A stretch of DNA of 63,348 nucleotides, the filler included, from Stramenopiles sp. TOSAG23-3 (taxonomy: Eukaryota): NCBI GenBank assembly GCA_900128585.1. It is 8 parts of 8 records of this genome, joined end to end, with 100 filler letters (N's around TTAATTAATTAA, not from the genome) between each part and the next. Parts side by side here need not be neighbours in the genome. Positions count along the whole stretch, not along the records: positions 41,894 to 55,726 come from LT642605.1; positions 55,827 to 57,632 come from LT645361.1; positions 57,733 to 59,538 come from LT645362.1; positions 59,639 to 61,443 come from LT645363.1; positions 61,544 to 63,348 come from LT645364.1; 3 more parts are not named here. The stretch is one strand, 5' to 3'. Below the pieces are notes generated by a model that ran no database searches, was not told the origin of the DNA, and saw only the letters and a list, made by a program, of their open reading frames with translations. The position numbers and the translations under genes are program-made. Every line of letters starts with the position of its first letter. Positions within the stretch are counted from its first letter, which is position 1. Below are positions 52,763 through 63,348 of the stretch, in pieces.

Positions 52763-55495
52763 TTATAACCCGATCGATGGCAACGGTGCATTCAAGGACG
52801 AATACGAAACGCTACTATCTTGCTCTTCAAGAATGGCTTCCGCAGAGGCACGTTGCCGTCTGTCGGAGACCATTTTGACTACCAATCCAACACCTAGACC
52901 AGCTATGAACATTGCAACGGCAACAACAAGAACACCTTGCGTGTGCCAAATGCTGGCTTGCTGAACCTTGGGCTCCTCTTCTGCCTTTTTATGTAACGCA
53001 ACGACTGGGATTGCGGCGGCCTTGGACACACCAGTGCAGTCTTTCCCTGCGAAGCCAGAAAAGCACTCGCAGATTCCTGCCTTGTTGCATTTTCCACGCC
53101 CACTGCAGCCGTTCGGGCACTTCGGGGACGCTTTAACTTCAATCATTGCTCCGGATTGAATCTGTTGGAACTCGTCCGCAACTTTTTGCTTCGCGGCTTC
53201 GGCGGTTTTATCCAAATCGGCGCCTTCAACAACCAAGGACTCCGCTCGCTTTAAGGCTTCAGCATCTGCCAATGGATCGTTTTTCACCATACTGGTGCGA
53301 TCTATTACATTGTGGTTCACTTTTTTAAAATCTTTCTCTTTGATTACCTTGCACTCTGGCGTGTCTTTGGTAACTTTGCAAAATTTGCCGGTGTGGCAAT
53401 CGCCGCAAATGCAGCGGCACGATTTCTCGTCGATTTTACCGCCCACTCCACAGTCTGCATTTACTAAATTGCATGAATTGTCGGCTTCTTGGGGTTTGAT
53501 CATTTCCGAGCAGTCTTCCCCGGTCCAGTGCTTGGCGCAGTTGCACTTGAAGCACATGTTTCCTTTGGCAACTAGGTTCGAAAGGTCGCACGTCCCGTGG
53601 CCACTGCATTGATTCTTGCAGGCCTGCTTCAGAAGGGTCGTGTTTTGGCTCGGCTCGGGCACTTTCAAAGTGCATGCGGGGCCAGTGAACCCGTCGGCAC
53701 AGAAGCACTTGCCCTGCGCGCAGACACCATTCTCGCACGGGTTGGTTTCGCAGCTTGGCGCATGGTCGCAGGCGGGGCCCGTGTACCCTGGGACACACAA
53801 GCACTTTCCGCTGACGCAGACTCCGTTATTGGAGCAGCCCTTCGGGCACGTTTCGCGGGTTTCGCACGCGTCGCCGGTGAACCCTGGGGTACAGAAGCAT
53901 TTTCCCATGGAGCACTCTCCGCGACCGTTGCATTTTCCGTTCTTCCCGGGGCACTTGACGGCCCGGGAGCAGTCCTCGCCGGCGAACCCTGGGTTGCAGA
54001 AGCACTCGCCCAACATGCAAACGCCGTTGGATCCGCACCCGTTGGGGCACTTGGTGTGGTTGAAAACAACTTGCAAGCACCTAGGGCCTTTCCACCCCGG
54101 TCTGCAGAAGCATTTCCCGGCGATGCACTGCCCGTGCCCTTCACAGCCTCCAGCCTCGCCTGGGCATTTGCTCATGTGCTCGCAGCTTGCCCCGTGCCAA
54201 CCTGGTTGGCAAAGGCATTGGCCGAGTGGGTTCCCGTGGGCATCGCCCAATCCGTACCCGCAGACACCATGGCCGTTGCAGTTGGTCGGGCACCCGGCCG
54301 TGACGCGGGCCTGTTCTTTGGCTTGCTCGGTGTTTTTCCCGCAGCTTTCGCCGGCCCACCCTGGGAAGCAGTAGCATGTTTCGCTGGAGCAGACGCCGTG
54401 GCCGCTGCACTTGTTCGGGCACTCGCTCTTCTTCTCGCACGACTCCCCTTCGTAGCCTGGCACGCAATGGCACTGGACGGCTTTGCAGACTCCCTTTCCG
54501 TTACAGTCGCACGGGATGTCCTTTTCGCAGGCGTCTCCTTCGTACCCTGGGTTGCACATGCACTGTCCCAAGAAGCACTTTCCGTGGCCGCTGCAGTCAT
54601 CCGTGCACTTCTTCTGCATGGAGCAGTCTTCCCCGACGAACTGTGGGGAGCACACGCACCGGCCGTCGAAGCAGATCCCGTTGCCGGAGCACGGTCCCTT
54701 CGCGGTCATGCCTTTGCACGCTTTCTTGTTCGAGAACTGGCCGCACGCTTCGCCGACCCATCCTGGGTTGCACTTGCACTTTCCTTTCCAGCAGATACCG
54801 TTCTTGTTGCAGTTGTTCGGGCACTCGCTGGAGATTTCGCAGCCTTTGCCTTCGAACCCGACGTCACAGAAGCACTTCCCGTACTTGCACAGCCCGTTTC
54901 CGGAGCATGGGCCCTTGGCAGAGGCGCCCTTGCACACTTTCGCGGTTTTGCAGTCGGTCCCTTTCCACCCTGGGTCGCAGAAGCACTTTCCGCGCTTGCA
55001 GACACCGTTGCCGCACCCGCCTGGGCACAAGTCCTGGCTGCAGTCCTCGCCGCCGTAGCGGCTATCGCACATGCACTTGGCCTGCTTCTCGCCGTTGGTT
55101 CCGCACTCCATAATGCAGGCGCCGTTCCCGCTGCACTCTTCGCCGGCAGCGGTCATCGGGCACGATTTGCTGGCCTGCTTGGCTTTGCTCAGCGCTCGCT
55201 GTACGCGAAGTCGTTGGGTGGATACCGCTTTCACAAGACCAGCTTTGACCGCTTTGAAGTGTGGAAGGTCGGCCGTTTTCAGGGAGTCGTCGCACCCGTT
55301 AATATTATCGCACAAAACCCCAAGGTCTGGCACTCGTTTCGGGTCCAGGTTCGCAAGAAACTTCACGACAGACACCCCATGCGCTTGAACGAGCGACGAG
55401 CATTTTGCCGGAAGGTCCGCGGCCGATTGTACGCGCACAGTCGACGCATTTGCGACGGTGGCGGCTACCAAAAGAAAAGTCAAAAACAACTTCAT
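52763..55495 (-). CDS. Tenascin/teneurin-type EGF-repeat type I membrane protein
   Basis: Signal peptide MKLFLTFLLVAATVANA (ATG 55495); >15 CPNxCSGxGxCxxGxCxCxPGxxGxxC repeats; C-terminal TM VLVVAVAMFIAGLGVGLVV and short tail. Confidence 0.9.
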   Translation of the reverse strand: MKLFLTFLLVAATVANASTVRVQSAADLPAKCSSLVQAHGVSVVKFLANLDPKRVPDLGVLCDNINGCDDSLKTADLPHFKAVKAGLVKAVSTQRLRVQRALSKAKQASKSCPMTAAGEECSGNGACIMECGTNGEKQAKCMCDSRYGGEDCSQDLCPGGCGNGVCKRGKCFCDPGWKGTDCKTAKVCKGASAKGPCSGNGLCKYGKCFCDVGFEGKGCEISSECPNNCNKNGICWKGKCKCNPGWVGEACGQFSNKKACKGMTAKGPCSGNGICFDGRCVCSPQFVGEDCSMQKKCTDDCSGHGKCFLGQCMCNPGYEGDACEKDIPCDCNGKGVCKAVQCHCVPGYEGESCEKKSECPNKCSGHGVCSSETCYCFPGWAGESCGKNTEQAKEQARVTAGCPTNCNGHGVCGYGLGDAHGNPLGQCLCQPGWHGASCEHMSKCPGEAGGCEGHGQCIAGKCFCRPGWKGPRCLQVVFNHTKCPNGCGSNGVCMLGECFCNPGFAGEDCSRAVKCPGKNGKCNGRGECSMGKCFCTPGFTGDACETRETCPKGCSNNGVCVSGKCLCVPGYTGPACDHAPSCETNPCENGVCAQGKCFCADGFTGPACTLKVPEPSQNTTLLKQACKNQCSGHGTCDLSNLVAKGNMCFKCNCAKHWTGEDCSEMIKPQEADNSCNLVNADCGVGGKIDEKSCRCICGDCHTGKFCKVTKDTPECKVIKEKDFKKVNHNVIDRTSMVKNDPLADAEALKRAESLVVEGADLDKTAEAAKQKVADEFQQIQSGAMIEVKASPKCPNGCSGRGKCNKAGICECFSGFAGKDCTGVSKAAAIPVVALHKKAEEEPKVQQASIWHTQGVLVVAVAMFIAGLGVGLVVKMVSDRRQRASAEAILEEQDSSVSYSSLNAPLPSIGL

Positions 55496-55646
55496 TTTCA
55501 CTGGGGCGTTCTTCGTAAGTTCCACTCTATGTATACTTTCCAAACACTAAACTCTTTTGACGCTTCTAAAGAAATCAACGCAAAACGAGAGAGAAGGAAA
55601 AGAAATGTAAAGACTATACTAATGTTTAACAGGAAAACGGAGTGAA

Positions 55647-55726
55647 CGAAGTTGAAATGATGGATGTACATATTATTAGAATCATGGAGGGAAAGAACAT
55701 CTCGCGCGATACCAGGGAAATTGCCT
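55647..55726 (+). repeat. Exact 80-nt inverted copy of 51863-51942 at the contig end
   Basis: CGAAGTTGAAATGATGG...GGAAATTGCCT is the reverse complement of 51863-51942. Confidence 0.95.
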
Positions 55727-55826
55727 NNNNNNNNNNNNNNNNNNNNNNNNNNNNNNNNNNNNNNNNNNNNTTAATTAATTAANNNNNNNNNNNNNNNNNN
55801 NNNNNNNNNNNNNNNNNNNNNNNNNN

Positions 55827-56416
55827 CGCGGGATACGCACACTTCTCAGTTGCAAATCGACCAATTTCACAAAACGGATCACGAGTTCTTTTGAGATTGT
55901 AGAGCTGAAGTCGGACTCGATCACCATACGTTTGCTGAAGAAATCCTGCGATGAGTAAACGCTCGCGCGATCGCGCAAGCGTGCGCGTCCTATTGCGACG
56001 AAAAACTCACGGTACGACCTACCATAAGAGTGGTACAATTGTAACACTTTTTCCTTTTCGATCTGGTATTGGAACGAAATGTCCAGGTCCAGCCTCTGGC
56101 CATCTTTCGTTCGTATGGTGATAGGCCCAGTCGTTTTTCCGGCTTCGCCCCCAGGCTCATTCGAGTTGCCAGAACCCAGCCATTCCTCTTGGGTGACGGT
56201 TTTGTTGAACGTTTCAAACACGTTCCCCAAACCCACAAAGTGGCGGCCAGAATCGTAAACTTGCTCACTAACCACAGCTCGCGAAATTTCGTTCACAACA
56301 ATTCCGTATTGATCGTAGTCTACGGTTCGCCAACTAAACCCAACCAGAAAACTTGATATAAAGATTATAACACATGCTACCAAACAAACGGGAGCGTAGT
56401 TTTCCTCTGCCAACAT
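55827..56416 (-). CDS. SPFH/band 7 (prohibitin-like) membrane protein, 3'-truncated
   Basis: N-terminal TM; YDSGRHFVG, RTKDGQRLDLDISFQYQI, FFSKR, LQLRSVRIP. Confidence 0.85.
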
Positions 56417-57404
56417 GTTTCAAAGACAACAAACGTCGATTAAACTAAACACGCAACCTTCCGCTTGTTTTGTTTTACTTAAATTTACTATCAGCGTGAT
56501 GATCTCGTTCTTTATTCCGTTCATCCCTTCTTTTCATAACAGGTGACGATCACAACAGTATTTCAAAACGTAAGAACAATTAGATCACTCGTTTGCACAC
56601 GTGGTCGTCGGTTTGGTTAATTATTATTCGGTGTAAAAATCATCATATTTTAATAATTATTTGTGGATCCAAAACACGCTATAACATATAATACTCAATA
56701 GATTCAAACATTCAAAATTCAAATGCCATGTAATCCTACCCATTTCGACCAAAGGATCGTGTCTTTCTCCTCCTGGCAACCCTACTCTTCCATCGTAATT
56801 TCCAAGCCGTTAAAATTGAAATTGATTCATATAAATTATATATATTCTTAACTAAGCACATCACATTCCTGTAACGAAGTCCTCATACTTTTCATTTCCG
56901 TATTCTTGTCTTCTGATAATGTATTATACTCATTAAAGATTAATTATATATATTTTTATACTTATACGCATACCATCAACTTGTCGGTAATCGTTTACGA
57001 CTGTATCAGTAAGTAACATCACGTTGGAGTTCAAATGAGTTTTTCTTGAAATGTAGTTATGTTCAATAATATGTATTCTGTACATTGGTAAAAGAAAGGA
57101 GGGAAGAATATCCAATGCTGTGTAATGTTAAATATTTGAAAATTGAATTTTTTTTAGGCGGCGGCGGCGAGTGGCCGGCATGTGGGAGGAAGAAATTGTA
57201 ATATTGGACGGGTAAGGGGCAGAATTAGTTCTTTCTGGCAATGCATTTGGCTTGACACGTTATTTTTAAGTCTTTCAGTTTTTTTGTTTCGTGAGCAAGA
57301 TAATTTTTTTGTTTCTATATATATAGTCCGCGAGTTGGATCGAGGACTGCGACCGCGAACTTTAGACGGCACAGTTTGGCGCGGTGTACTTGTTGGAGGG
57401 CACC

Positions 57405-57632
57405 ATGTCGACCTTTTGCACTAGATTTTTTCTAGTTTGTGTGTACATAACGATATCCCAGTTGGTATCGATCGATACTACCGCTGCAAACAAAGCGGGT
57501 GGTGTCGAATTTGACGAAGTGTTTCGTGGGAAATCCCTCGGTTTGCAGCTGTCGCCAAGCCTTGTTGTTCTCGGTTTTGGGGGCAAACAGAGTTCAAAGG
57601 GGAACGTGCACGTGGGGGACCGTATTATAGCA
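57405..57632 (+). CDS. Secreted/membrane protein beginning with a PDZ-like domain, 3'-truncated
   Basis: Hydrophobic leader, then FDEVF..KSLGLQL...VHVGDRIIA, open to the contig end. Confidence 0.5.
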
Positions 57633-57732
57633 NNNNNNNNNNNNNNNNNNNNNNNNNNNNNNNNNNNNNNNNNNNNTTAATTAATTAANNNNNNNNNNNN
57701 NNNNNNNNNNNNNNNNNNNNNNNNNNNNNNNN

Positions 57733-57807
<75 letters not shown>
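57733..57807. repeat. (TCTT)n microsatellite at contig start (a second degenerate tract at ~57951-58019)
   Basis: Seen directly. Confidence 0.95.
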
Positions 57808-58181
57808 CCTCAGTCAGTCGTATCCATTTATTTTTATATACTTTATACCTTTTCTATATTATTACTATATTAAATTAATTATATATTACTTACCACCCAC
57901 TATCCTATTATACCAATACCAACCTCACATTTTATTTAATTAAATAAACATCTTCTTCTTTCTTTTTCTTTCTTTTTCTTTCTTTCTTTCTTTTTCTTTC
58001 TTTCTTTTTCTTTCTTTCTACACCACCACCGTTTTTACAACATTCCATATTTCCATTCAAATTGTACACACACGTCTAGAAAAGAAAACATTCACAAACA
58101 GAAACGAACACATACTCACACTAGTATTTTCATACATTACTACTACTACCACCAACCCACCCACCCACACACAACAGAGAA

Positions 58182-59165
58182 ATGTCCTTTTCCACGCTCC
58201 TACGACGCACGGTTGCGACCGCGGCCAAGCAGTCGCACACCGCCACCGCCACCCGTTCGATGTCCGCCTCCGCGAACGTCTGGGTGAACAAAGACACCAA
58301 GGTCATCGTTCAGGGGTTCACCGGTAAGCAAGGGACCTTCCACACCGAGCAGGCCATCGCGTACGGGACCCAGGTCGTCGGCGGGACCACCCCCGGGAAA
58401 GGGGGGCAGACCCACTTGGACCGCCCCGTCTTCAACACCGTCGAAGAGGCGAAGGCGGCCACCAACTGCGACGCGTCCGTCATCTACGTCCCCCCGCCCT
58501 TCGCCGCCAAGGCGATCTTGGAGGCCGTCGAAGCCGAGATTCCGCTCGTAGTTGCCATCACGGAGGGTATCCCCCAGAAGGACATGGTAGAGGTGAAGCA
58601 CGCGCTCGCTAGGCAGACCGCCACCCGAGTGATAGGGCCAAACTGCCCAGGGATTATCAAGCCGGGAGAGTGCAAGATCGGGATCATGCCGGGGTACATC
58701 CACCTGCCAGGGCGCATCGGGATCGTCTCCAGGAGCGGAACCTTGACCTACGAGGCCGTGCACCAGACCACCACCACCGGGCTCGGCCAGAGCACGTGCG
58801 TTGGGATCGGCGGGGACCCGTTCAACGGGACCAACTTTATCGATTGCTTAGAGAGGTTTACGAACGACCCAGAAACGGAGGGCATCATCATGATCGGCGA
58901 GATCGGCGGGGAGGCCGAGGAGCAGGCCGCGGCCTGGTTGAAGGAGAACGGCGACCCGAACAAGCCCGTCGTAGGCTTCATCGCCGGCCTCACCGCCCCC
59001 CCAGGGAGAAGGATGGGGCACGCCGGAGCCATAATTAGTGGTGGCAAAGGCGGCGCGGAAGACAAGATCCAAGCCCTCAAAGACGCCGGGGTCTGGGTCA
59101 CGGAAAGCCCGGCGGGCCTGGGGAAGACCATGATGGCCGCCATGGAAGAGCACGGGAAACTGTAA
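58182..59165 (+). CDS. SUCLG1: Succinyl-CoA ligase alpha subunit, mitochondrial
   Basis: Presequence; [36 protein letters not shown], catalytic MGHAGA. Confidence 0.97.
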   Translation: MSFSTLLRRTVATAAKQSHTATATRSMSASANVWVNKDTKVIVQGFTGKQGTFHTEQAIAYGTQVVGGTTPGKGGQTHLDRPVFNTVEEAKAATNCDASVIYVPPPFAAKAILEAVEAEIPLVVAITEGIPQKDMVEVKHALARQTATRVIGPNCPGIIKPGECKIGIMPGYIHLPGRIGIVSRSGTLTYEAVHQTTTTGLGQSTCVGIGGDPFNGTNFIDCLERFTNDPETEGIIMIGEIGGEAEEQAAAWLKENGDPNKPVVGFIAGLTAPPGRRMGHAGAIISGGKGGAEDKIQALKDAGVWVTESPAGLGKTMMAAMEEHGKL

Positions 59166-59638
59166 GTAGCGGGCGGGAAGGGAGGAGAGAAGGAACGCAA
59201 GGGCGGAGGAATGGGCGAGAAAGAGGGAGGGAGGGAAGAGAGAGAGAGAGACAGAGAGAGGCCAAGAAAAGAGGGCCGCCCGGCGCACCATTCTGAAATT
59301 TTTAAAACTTCATCGCGTTCATGATCGTGCAGGATTCCACACACAACCACCACACACACACACACCCCTATTAAACAAAATATAATTTATTTTAATTGAG
59401 TGTAGCTTTCGTAAACGAGTTTTAGACACACATTAAACTAAAAAATAAAATATGTTTCCTCTTCTTTCTTTCACCAACATATGTTTTCACACATAGCACC
59501 ACAAAAATACGGAAGGAGAGCACGGGTACGTCTTGCAANNNNNNNNNNNNNNNNNNNNNNNNNNNNNNNNNNNNNNNNNNNNTTAATTAATTAANNNNNN
59601 NNNNNNNNNNNNNNNNNNNNNNNNNNNNNNNNNNNNNN

Positions 59639-61443
59639 CAAATCTAGCATAATTAAAGCAAGTCATGGCGCCGCCGGAAAATATTAAATGGTGCTGATTG
59701 TAACACTCCCAGCCATTGTAAATAATGCCGGTCTTACCGTTCTCATAACCAGCGTCTTTCTCAAAACATATCATATTCACTTTTGTGGAGAATGAACAAT
59801 TCTTTAAAACTGGCTGAATAAATTGTGCATCGTCGATATCGTGAAGCGATAAAGAAAAATTAGACTTGTCTACGCTCGTACAATTTGCCATGGGCTTGGC
59901 CCATTTATTTTCAAAAACATTCTCTTCCTCGCTACTTGATGATCTTGGAACCGTAATACAGTATATTTCCGGTTCAATGGACCCCAACGGCCCTGTAACA
60001 GTGGAGGCGGCAACGTACATTGATTCTTTTATCCCAATACGTCCCACGGAACCTCCAATAGGACCGTTTAAATACAAATTATGGAAATCATTCCAATCTT
60101 TCGGAACCGTAATAGAAATATTTGTATCGTTCACAATCACAATGTATATGTTGTCTATGGTTCTATAGGATCCCGGAAGATTTCTTGTTGGTCTGAATCC
60201 CTCGATCGAAAGGGTTTCTACTTTGCTTTGATTACCAAATTCCAGAAAGGGCCCGCTTTCATAGCTATACATGCTTTCCCATCCATGGTGTACAATAACT
60301 TTTTTAATTCGTGACAACACGCTAAGTTGATGTTTGTAAAGGCACGACATGTCCAACCGAACTCTGTTGAAACTGACGAGGCTTAGTTTTGTCAACTGCT
60401 TCCAGCACCCTGGCACACAATATTCTTTTGGCCTGATAAATCCGTTTGCTGCATTCCTTAGGGATTGCCGTAGGAGCACGCTTTCCACATTTGTTAAATT
60501 GCATAGTGCATCGAAATCGAAATTGACCCAAGTGCAGTCTTTCATACTCACCGCCAGTACGTTTGTATGAATCTGTGAGACTATATGCTTTGGAAAGTAA
60601 CCCTCTTCGACGTTTATGAAACTAAGCTGCCGCATCCCGGTGCCTCTAAGATTGTACTTCCCTGACTGTTCTGTAAACCGTTTTTCCATTTCTTGCAAAT
60701 CGCTAAACACCACAGCTTCAATGCCAGCGCAGCCTTCTAAATTAAGAAAAAACAATCGCTTCATTTGATATTTCAACGATATGTTTAGAGGGTTAGAATG
60801 CGAAGCTTTCATTTCTACGTTATTTGAGACGTCCAACCACTTTAAGCTTGGAAACTTTGCAATAATGCTGTCGAAGTGATGAGGTACGTCCAATCTAGTG
60901 CTGGAAACATTCAAACCTTGCAACGTATCTGTCAAGTATTTTTCGAGAAAGAGGATTGCATTTGTTAACGCCTGAATGCTGTTCTTCCCTTTCCTCTGAA
61001 AGCCTTTCTGGTTTGCCCAGTTGACAGCATACGAGCACGGGTTGTTTCCAAGCTTGAAGGTTTCTAACTGTTCTACCATGTCTACAATTTCCCATGCAAG
61101 ACCGTCTGATGAAATGTTATTGTATGAGAAGTCTATTCTCCGTAGTCTCACAAATGACGCCAGGGAACTGGAAACGTAAGCAATGTCATTATTGCTCAAG
61201 TCCAGGGACACGAGAGTCTGTGATAAATGTTGGAGCACAAATCGTGGAACCCCTCCGGTAAGAGACATGTGCGTCGCAGATAATTCCCTGCTGGCTTTGT
61301 TTCCTGAAAGAAGGACCGTTTTTATCTCATCCATGAGCAGCAGTTCTCGGGGCAAGTGAATTATTTCATTGTCTCGCAGATCTAACTTCGTCAACCTAGT
61401 GCAATTTTCAATGTAAGGCGACAACGCCTTTATTTTGAGACCA
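59639..61443 (-). CDS. Leucine-rich repeat protein, truncated at both ends
   Basis: LTKLDLRDNEI, LVSLDLSNNDI, LRRIDFSYNNI, LKWLDVSNN; frame open across the contig. Confidence 0.85.
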
Positions 61444-61850
61444 NNNNNNNNNNNNNNNNNNNNNNNNNNNNNNNNNNNNNNNNNNNNTTAATTAATTAAN
61501 NNNNNNNNNNNNNNNNNNNNNNNNNNNNNNNNNNNNNNNNNNNTTTTATTTAATTTTCACTTGTCTTGTACTTTTGAACTTGAACTTGTTCTTCTTTAAA
61601 TACTTAAGGTGTATGAAGTGCACACTCAACAAGGGAAAACGTTTCCTTTGTTTTTGTTTTAAATATTTTAATTTTAATTTTAATAGAAGATCGGTCCTCT
61701 TTCCTTCCTCTTTATCAATGCTTACGATTTCATCATATTTATATTTTCATGTATACCTATATTCTACCATTATTTAGTATTATTATTATGTACATTATTT
61801 CCTTTAAACATTCTATCTATTTTCTCGTAGTCGTATTTCGTACCATTAAT

Positions 61851-61890
61851 GCTCCATTTGGCTCCATTTGGCTCCATTTGGTTGCATTTC
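61851..61890. repeat. 10-bp tandem repeat GCTCCATTTG x3 plus a degenerate fourth copy
   Basis: Seen directly. Confidence 0.9.
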
Positions 61891-63348
61891 TATGAAATCA
61901 CCTGGGATCAGGGAAGGCACCCAAATATATATCATAGGGAACAATCATATGTAATCTATTATGTACTATAAGTACACTTTCAATATGGACCACACATTTC
62001 TTTCTTTCTTTCTTTCTCGTTCGTTTGGTTTGGTTTGTTCCTTTCTTTTTTCCTTTTGTTGTTGAGGCGTTTTGTACCGATCCATTTTAGTAGTTTTTAA
62101 CAAATTGTTAAGAATAATTATTTTAGTACTAAATAAATCAATGTTTGTTCTATACAAATATATCCGTGAGGTACTATTTGATCTACTTTATCAAACCAAT
62201 GTTTTACATAAATACTTAATTCTAGAAGAAGGCCACTTTGAGTTTTCCTCGTTTTGGGGTCGTTCTTTTTTCAAACGGAAGGAATGCAGTATTTGTAGTG
62301 TTTGCATAGGGAAATGGAAGGAGGCAGGATGGTGTCTTCTGCGATAAAATTTAAATGGATTGGGGCTTCCGAACGATACACTTTTGAACGATTGAGGTAA
62401 AGACAGCGGGGTGAAACAAGTCTGTTTTTTCAATTTCGAGGTGCAACCTGTTTCCTTTCCCAACGATTTCAGCATCGGATGGTACAATGTAAATTTTATT
62501 GTTAATACACGAAACATGTACTTTTATCCTATACGTTCCTATATCCGTTGCATACTAAACCAAGAAACCAACGCAACACGCAATTGAACGAGACAGCATA
62601 GAGCGACCAGGCAAACAAAAAGACAAACCGTTGCAACATAGGAATACCATGCCACCAACGCGACGATTGATCGATCGATTACATTAAGGCAATAATAAAC
62701 ATAAAATTATTGTAAAACAATCTTATTTCTATATTCAATTTGAGCTTATGATTTATAGATAGGATTAAAAAAACAAATATTATACAATTATAACTACAAC
62801 ATATTTTATAAATACAAAATACTAAAATAATCAACAAAATCGAAATGCGTGGCTCTGAAAAGACGATCAACTCGAATCTCGAAAAAAATCTGTTGAAATA
62901 AAAGACTACAAAATAGAATAGGAAACCTTCCCAACAACTACAAAAAAATAGTTTAAATAAAAAAACATATCCAAAAGAGAACGAAAGCCTATCTATCTAT
63001 GTAAAAAATACATAAGAAGAGCATAGGACACATTCGATGATCCAATTCTTTCTTTCTGGATTAATTAATATAGGCATACCATAGACGAGGGAGGGGACCA
63101 AACGAGACTCTTTCCTTTTTCCTTTTGTAGTTTCCATTTACATTTAATACATGGTATGGACTATAACATAGTATATAGTATTATTATTATATGTATATAT
63201 AGCATATTCAAGTATATCATGTAAATTATGAAAAGTGAAGGAAGGATCAATTAAAAACAAAAGAAAACGAAGAAAATTACGAAGCATTGCACTCCTTCGA
63301 CCGTGCCTTGTCTTGCTTTCCTTCCATCCCTTCCCTCGTGACACCCTT

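Noticed and set aside
53597-55645. 682-aa plus-strand ORF and other long overlapping ORFs
   Set aside because: Antisense shadow of the GC-rich, Cys/Gly-repetitive EGF gene; no independent motifs.
13868-61543. Repeated TTAATTAATTAA flanked by Ns as a biological repeat, and any gene cluster spanning it
   Set aside because: Artificial concatenation spacer. Contigs fall in descending length (13867, 13865, 13861, 13833, then 1806, 1806, 1805, 1805), so neighbours are unlinked.
61544-63348. Genes or a mobile element in the last contig (ORFs 62072-62347, 62191-62517)
   Set aside because: Short ORFs with no recognisable motifs, no terminal repeats or transposase/RT signature; treated as non-coding.
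1-63348. Alternative genetic code, selenoprotein read-through, tRNA or rRNA genes
   Set aside because: Conserved proteins translate fully with the standard code and use TAA, TAG and TGA as stops; no tRNA or rRNA recognised by eye (tRNAscan/Infernal not run).

Overview
Eukaryotic (protist) genomic DNA, not prokaryotic. The window is eight unrelated contigs (1-13867, 13968-27832, 27933-41793, 41894-55726, 55827-57632, 57733-59538, 59639-61443, 61544-63348) joined by artificial 100-nt N44-TTAATTAATTAA-N44 spacers, so adjacency across spacers has no meaning. The genome is gene-dense and almost intronless (one clear 68-nt GT-AG intron). Coding regions have moderate to high GC and are separated by very AT-rich, microsatellite-like spacers. 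Protein style suggests a stramenopile-like lineage (inference, not verified). Recognisable genes: TAF6, PTC7-type PP2C, a cAR/GCR1-like 7TM receptor, an acid sphingomyelinase-like phosphoesterase, an F-box/WD40 protein, a secreted/ER CS-domain protein, a GNAT-methyltransferase fusion, cytoplasmic dynein heavy chain, a 4-domain voltage-gated Ca2+-type channel (partial), NAA20, class I HDAC, TRAPPC6, a cadherin-like/IPT surface protein, ISD11/LYRM4, mitochondrial bL12, a PEX26/APEM9-like protein, a TPR protein, RICTOR, a tenascin-like EGF membrane protein, an SPFH protein, SUCLG1 and an LRR protein. Most notable: (1) the dynein heavy chain ends in an appended SAP-like motif; (2) a ~25-40-nt motif (AAAACAAAAAATTGGCTGTTATTT) recurs on three contigs, usually ~75-80 nt after stop codons in transcript orientation; (3) the acyltransferase-methyltransferase fusion; (4) the PEX26-like peroxin; (5) a frameshift in the RICTOR 5' region, coinciding with an inverted 80-nt copy at the contig end.
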